From: a virus
UHGV virus genome: UHGV-1527372
Length of the DNA: 19,963 nucleotides
Reading direction: 5' to 3' (one strand)
The stretch's first letter is position 1. Every line of letters starts with the position of its first letter. The notes under the pieces were generated by a model. The model saw only the letters and a list, made by a program, of their open reading frames with translations, searched no databases and had not been told where the DNA came from. Below, piece by piece: positions 17,144 to 19,963 of this stretch. The translations under genes were made by a program, and so were the position numbers.

Positions 17144-18190
17144 ATGGGTAAACAAAAATCCCGTAAAGCCAACGCACAAAAGGCCAGCAAACCACAACAA
17201 CTGACCGCCAGCGCACCACCAAAAACGACAGCGTTCACCTTCGGCGAGCCGGTGCCGGTACTCGATAAGCGCGACATTCTGGATTACGTCGAGTGCATCA
17301 GTAACGGCAAATGGTACGAGCCGCCGGTCAGCTTCTCAGGGCTGGCAAAGAGCCTGCGCTCTGCCGTGCATCACAGCTCGCCAATTTATGTTAAGCGTAA
17401 CGTGCTCGCGAGCACCTACATTCCGCACCCGTTGTTATCCCGTCAGGATTTCAGCCGCTTTGCGCTCGATTATCTGGTGTTCGGTAACGCCTTTCTTGAG
17501 CAGCGCCACAGCGTCACCGGCCAGTTAATCAAACTGCTGGCCTCGCCAGCCAAATACACCCGACGCGGAGTCGACGATTCGATTTTCTGGTTTGTGGAAA
17601 ACTTCACCCAGCCGCACGAGTTCGCGCCTGATACCGTGTTTCACCTGCTGGAGCCCGACATTAATCAGGAGATTTACGGTCTGCCGGAATATCTCAGCGC
17701 GCTTAATTCCGCTTGGCTGAATGAATCCGCGACGCTGTTCCGCCGCAAGTATTATCAGAACGGCGCGCACGCAGGCTACATCATGTATGTGACTGACCCG
17801 GCGCAAAGTGCGACCGACGTCGAATCGCTGCGCGAGGCGATGCGTAACTCGAAGGGACTCGGCAACTTTAAGAACCTGTTTTTCTACGCCCCCGGCGGAA
17901 AACCGGACGGCATCAAAATCGTGCCACTGAGCGAGGTCGCCACAAAGGATGACTTTTTCAACATTAAGAAAGCCAGCGCCGCCGACCTGATGGACGCGCA
18001 CCGCGTGCCGTTCCAGCTCATGGGCGGCAAGCCCGAGAATATCGGTTCACTCGGTGACGTTGAGAAGGTGGCAAAGGTATTTGTGCGTAATGAGCTGTCA
18101 CCCCTGCAGGATAGGTTCAGGGAGGTAAACGACTGGCTCGGTATGGAGGTCATCAGGTTCAAAGAGTACACACTCGACAACCCGGAATAA
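17144..18190 (+). CDS. Q: Portal protein Q
   Basis: 348 aa, last gene before cos as in P2. Confidence 0.9.
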   Translation: MGKQKSRKANAQKASKPQQLTASAPPKTTAFTFGEPVPVLDKRDILDYVECISNGKWYEPPVSFSGLAKSLRSAVHHSSPIYVKRNVLASTYIPHPLLSRQDFSRFALDYLVFGNAFLEQRHSVTGQLIKLLASPAKYTRRGVDDSIFWFVENFTQPHEFAPDTVFHLLEPDINQEIYGLPEYLSALNSAWLNESATLFRRKYYQNGAHAGYIMYVTDPAQSATDVESLREAMRNSKGLGNFKNLFFYAPGGKPDGIKIVPLSEVATKDDFFNIKKASAADLMDAHRVPFQLMGGKPENIGSLGDVEKVAKVFVRNELSPLQDRFREVNDWLGMEVIRFKEYTLDNPE

Positions 18191-18200
18191 TCACCTTTTA

Positions 18201-18225
18201 AGCCGCCATTTTGGCGGCTTTTGCT
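18201..18225 (+). terminator. Intrinsic terminator after Q
   Basis: AGCCGCC-ATTTT-GGCGGCT followed by TTTTGCT, 10 nt after the Q stop. Confidence 0.65.
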
Positions 18226-18228
18226 ATG

Positions 18229-18453
18229 TTAGCCTTTAGACTTTTTAGGATCATCTTTTCTCTGATAAGTGCGTTCTTCCTGAATTTTCCCATCTTCCTT
18301 GTGAATTTTGACCGAGCCTGTTTTGTTCGACATAAACTCAGATGTTGTTTTAATCAGCTCGGCCTTTGTGGGCGCGGTCTTGCTAGGGCGGTCATTGCCC
18401 TCTTTTTGCAACTTCCACTTATCGCCATCTTTTGTAATATGATAGTTATCCAT
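18229..18453 (-). CDS. DUF2188-like small protein (moron between portal gene and cos)
   Basis: MDNYHITKDGDKWKLQKEGNDRPSKTAPTKAELIKTTSEFMSNKTGSVKIHKEDGKIQEERTYQRKDDPKKSKG fits the DUF2188 pattern as recalled. Strong GGAGG RBS 5 nt upstream of the ATG at 18453. Markedly AT-rich compared with the phage backbone. Confidence 0.6.
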   Translation of the reverse strand: MDNYHITKDGDKWKLQKEGNDRPSKTAPTKAELIKTTSEFMSNKTGSVKIHKEDGKIQEERTYQRKDDPKKSKG

Positions 18454-18546
18454 TAAAGCCTCCAACTGTTGTGGGGAACATAAAGTCTCAATATGGATAT
18501 TAGCCAAAGCGAAACCGTAAAATTGTGCAACTGATCCCATCCTTTA

Positions 18547-18646
18547 GCACCACGCCACAGACGCACCACGCGCCCACGATCACACCCGGCCACTACAGCG
18601 CCGTCACGACGTTCTCAGACGATAATTTTTAATAATACGCACCACC
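18547..18646. repeat. Three GCACCAC(G/C) direct repeats flanking the cos side (candidate terminase recognition elements)
   Basis: GCACCACG at 18547-18554 and 18563-18570, GCACCACC at 18639-18646, all within about 110 bp of the cos core. Confidence 0.3.
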
Positions 18647-18657
18647 GCTGGCGCGCA

Positions 18658-18676
18658 ATGCTTTCCCCGCCACGCC
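18658..18676 (-). other. cos: cos cohesive-end core, 186-type
   Basis: Minus strand reads GGCGTGGCGGGGAAAGCAT, which matches the 19-nt cohesive end of phage 186 as I recall it (the P2 end differs at two positions); located just beyond Q as expected. Confidence 0.7.
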
Positions 18677-18841
18677 TGCCCGCTTTATGGGTCGGTTTTA
18701 ATGCAGTTGCATGACAACTCTGGATCCGCGCTAGCTCTGGCGGCGCACGGACAGAACGGGCAAGACTGACGCATGCAAAACCATGCACCTGATGCATGCA
18801 CGACTAAAAAACGGGAAATTCGCGGAAAAATGGCATAAAAA

Positions 18842-18863
18842 AACCGGCATTCAGGGTGCCGGT
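18842..18863 (-). terminator. Strong intrinsic terminator ending the post-cos cargo transcript (usable in both directions)
   Basis: Minus strand ACCGGCA-CCCTGAA-TGCCGGT followed by TTTTTTTAT; the plus-strand side is followed by TTTAGTCTGGTTTT. Confidence 0.7.
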
Positions 18864-18884
18864 TTTAGTCTGGTTTTGTCGCGA

Positions 18885-18986
18885 TTAATGGCCGCGCAAT
18901 GCGCCAATAACACTGTTGAGGCACATGCTGGCAACAATCATCAGAAAAATCGTCGTCCACGGATTTTCATAAACGAGAGATAACAT
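18885..18986 (-). CDS. Candidate 33-aa hydrophobic small membrane peptide
   Basis: ATG-initiated ORF MLSLVYENPWTTIFLMIVASMCLNSVIGALRGH with one predicted TM segment; starts 16 nt after the upstream ORF stop with AAGAGGAA upstream (12-nt spacing, suboptimal); ends 20 nt before the terminator. Confidence 0.3.
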   Translation of the reverse strand: MLSLVYENPWTTIFLMIVASMCLNSVIGALRGH

Positions 18987-19002
18987 ATTTATATAGTTCC
19001 TC

Positions 19003-19197
19003 TTATTTGCGCATTCTGATGTGATTTAACAGGTGTTTGATAACGACTGATAGCTCATCTTTACCGGCCTGCTCGACCATTTTTGCGGTGTAGCTTTCCA
19101 CCTCGCGAGAGCTCAGGTCGTTATTTAAAGCCATTAAAGTCAGATTCTTTGCCCAATCGACAAACGGGTCATTTTTCGATGAAAGGGGATTTTGCAT
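19003..19197 (-). CDS. Hypothetical small protein (64 aa), post-cos cargo
   Basis: MQNPLSSKNDPFVDWAKNLTLMALNNDLSSREVESYTAKMVEQAGKDELSVVIKHLLNHIRMRK; ATG with GAGG 9 nt upstream; AT-rich. The 94-aa TTG-start extension in the ORF track would read through the upstream repeat and is not favoured. Confidence 0.5.
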   Translation of the reverse strand: MQNPLSSKNDPFVDWAKNLTLMALNNDLSSREVESYTAKMVEQAGKDELSVVIKHLLNHIRMRK

Positions 19198-19259
19198 GTC
19201 CAAAAACCTCGAATTATTTAACCAGCAGACGGTTGAAGTATTTGCGACGCTATGACCGG

Positions 19260-19328
19260 CTAACGCCTCGCGTAGCTCGTTGTTCAACCCCGCCAGACCT
19301 GAAAGCGAGTTTCAGCTCCGGCGGCGTT
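19260..19328. repeat. 69-bp structured direct repeat, copy 1
   Basis: About 85% identical to 19665-19733; contains the CTGAAA-N5-TTTCAG palindrome inside a longer imperfect stem; begins 2 nt after the stop of the 69-aa ORF on the minus strand. Confidence 0.75.
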
Positions 19329-19330
19329 AT

Positions 19331-19540
19331 CTATGGTCGACGTGGTGGCGGTGAGTAATGTGTCGGCTTGCTGATGCTATCCAGCTTGCCGTAATTATCC
19401 CTGACTATTTCGGCACACCCGACCAGCTCGGCGGGTGTCAAATTCTCATTGACCATTATCTGCTGCAGACGATGAACGATGGCCATCAGTTTGATGCTTT
19501 TAGTTTTGTGCTGCGGAATTTCGCCCGGTAGTCGATGCAT
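19331..19540 (-). CDS. Hypothetical small protein (69 aa), post-cos cargo
   Basis: MHRLPGEIPQHKTKSIKLMAIVHRLQQIMVNENLTPAELVGCAEIVRDNYGKLDSISKPTHYSPPPRRP; ATG with GAGGG 8 nt upstream; flanked on both sides by the 69-bp repeat. Confidence 0.55.
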   Translation of the reverse strand: MHRLPGEIPQHKTKSIKLMAIVHRLQQIMVNENLTPAELVGCAEIVRDNYGKLDSISKPTHYSPPPRRP

Positions 19541-19664
19541 ATTATCGCCCTCAATGAATTTTATTTAGTGCTGCCACAGCGCCACTATAAAACCCACTAA
19601 GGTAACGTCCCATTCATCACTGGTGTGTAACCAATAAAACATCGAGAAACTTTGAGAGGAAGAA

Positions 19665-19733
19665 CTAGCGCCTCGCGGTGCGAGTTGTTCAACCCCGCCA
19701 GCACTGAAAGCAAGTTTCAGCACCGGCAGCGTT
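19665..19733. repeat. 69-bp structured direct repeat, copy 2
   Basis: Same element as 19260-19328, with an additional small hairpin CTCGC-GGT-GCGAG; begins 2 nt after the stop of the partial ORF. Confidence 0.75.
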
Positions 19734-19735
19734 TG

Positions 19736-19963
19736 TTAATGCAGCCAGCTATCGTCCTCCCATACCTGCTGCATGATTTCCATTACTCGTTTTTTATCTT
19801 CGTCCAGTTTCAAACCGCTTAGTTCAACGCCATTAGCGGAGCCCTTGCGAATTCGGATAGCAGTCTTTGGGTAAATAGGTTGAAGATTGCGGTACAGTTC
19901 AGCCTCAAGGTAATGACTCCAACTTATTGATAGTGTTTTATGTTCAGATAATGCCCGATGACT
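19736..19963 (-). CDS. Partial gene (C-terminal 75 codons; start lies beyond the window end), unknown function
   Basis: Open frame from the window edge, ...YLEAELYRNLQPIYPKTAIRIRKGSANGVELSGLKLDEDKKRVMEIMQQVWEDDSWLH*, ending at TAA 19736-19738. Not reported in the ORF track because its start is outside the window. Confidence 0.5.
   Translation of the reverse strand, partial: SHRALSEHKTLSISWSHYLEAELYRNLQPIYPKTAIRIRKGSANGVELSGLKLDEDKKRVMEIMQQVWEDDSWLH

Larger units (their letters stand above)
121..19963. mobile_element. P2/186-like prophage (partial in window): right end (ogr side) near window start, cos at 18658-18676, post-cos cargo/early region running off the window end
   Basis: Full P2-type late gene order on the minus strand, divergent P-Q on the plus strand, 19-nt cos core, translationally coupled overlapping starts and stops throughout. 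Left boundary is not defined by sequence (no att core recognised). Confidence 0.85.

Noticed and set aside
18615-18983. ORFs 18615-18797 (minus) and 18783-18983 (plus)
   Set aside because: The first spans the cos core and the second reads through the intrinsic terminator hairpin; neither has an RBS. The plus-strand one is noted only as a possible antisense transcript region.
19003-19287. 94-aa version of the 64-aa cargo ORF
   Set aside because: Starts at TTG inside repeat copy 1; the same frame through repeat copy 2 gives a similar pseudo-peptide, showing the N-terminal 30 codons are just a translation of the repeat. The ATG at 19197 has a proper RBS.
19260-19733. Integron attC-like cassette sites
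   Set aside because: The repeats lack RYYYAAC / GTTRRRY core and inverse-core pairs at their ends and there is no integrase context; the cassette-like arrangement is noted but attC identity is not supported.
19260-19733. CRISPR array or retron ncRNA
   Set aside because: Only two copies, about 400 bp apart with a coding sequence between them, and no cas or reverse-transcriptase gene in the window.

Overview
The window is almost entirely a P2/186-like (Peduovirus-type) temperate prophage of an enterobacterial host, in reverse orientation to the canonical P2 map. All protein identifications are from memory of P2-family proteins and gene order; no database search was run. Reading left to right: a probable host boundary and the ogr terminator (1-144), then on the minus strand ogr, D, U, T, E/E+E', a broken FII/FI locus, G, H, I, J, a broken V/W locus, S, R, lysC/lysB, K, Y, X, L, M, N, O; then the divergent late-promoter region, P and Q on the plus strand, an AT-rich DUF2188-like moron, a 186-type cos site (18658-18676), and the start of the post-cos cargo region. 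Two things stand out. First, the tail module carries two frame-breaking deletions (tail sheath FI almost entirely lost and fused out of frame to an N-truncated tail tube FII; baseplate V fused out of frame to the C-terminus of W), while the head, packaging and lysis genes look intact, so this is a tail-defective prophage. Second, the post-cos region (18885-19963) holds a cassette of small unrecognised ORFs (a partial gene, 69 aa, 64 aa, and a 33-aa hydrophobic peptide) punctuated by two copies of a 69-bp hairpin-containing repeat, each starting 2-3 nt after a stop codon. That cassette is the best candidate in this window for an undescribed accessory system, but I cannot assign it a function from sequence alone. 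No rRNA, tRNA or CRISPR array was seen.
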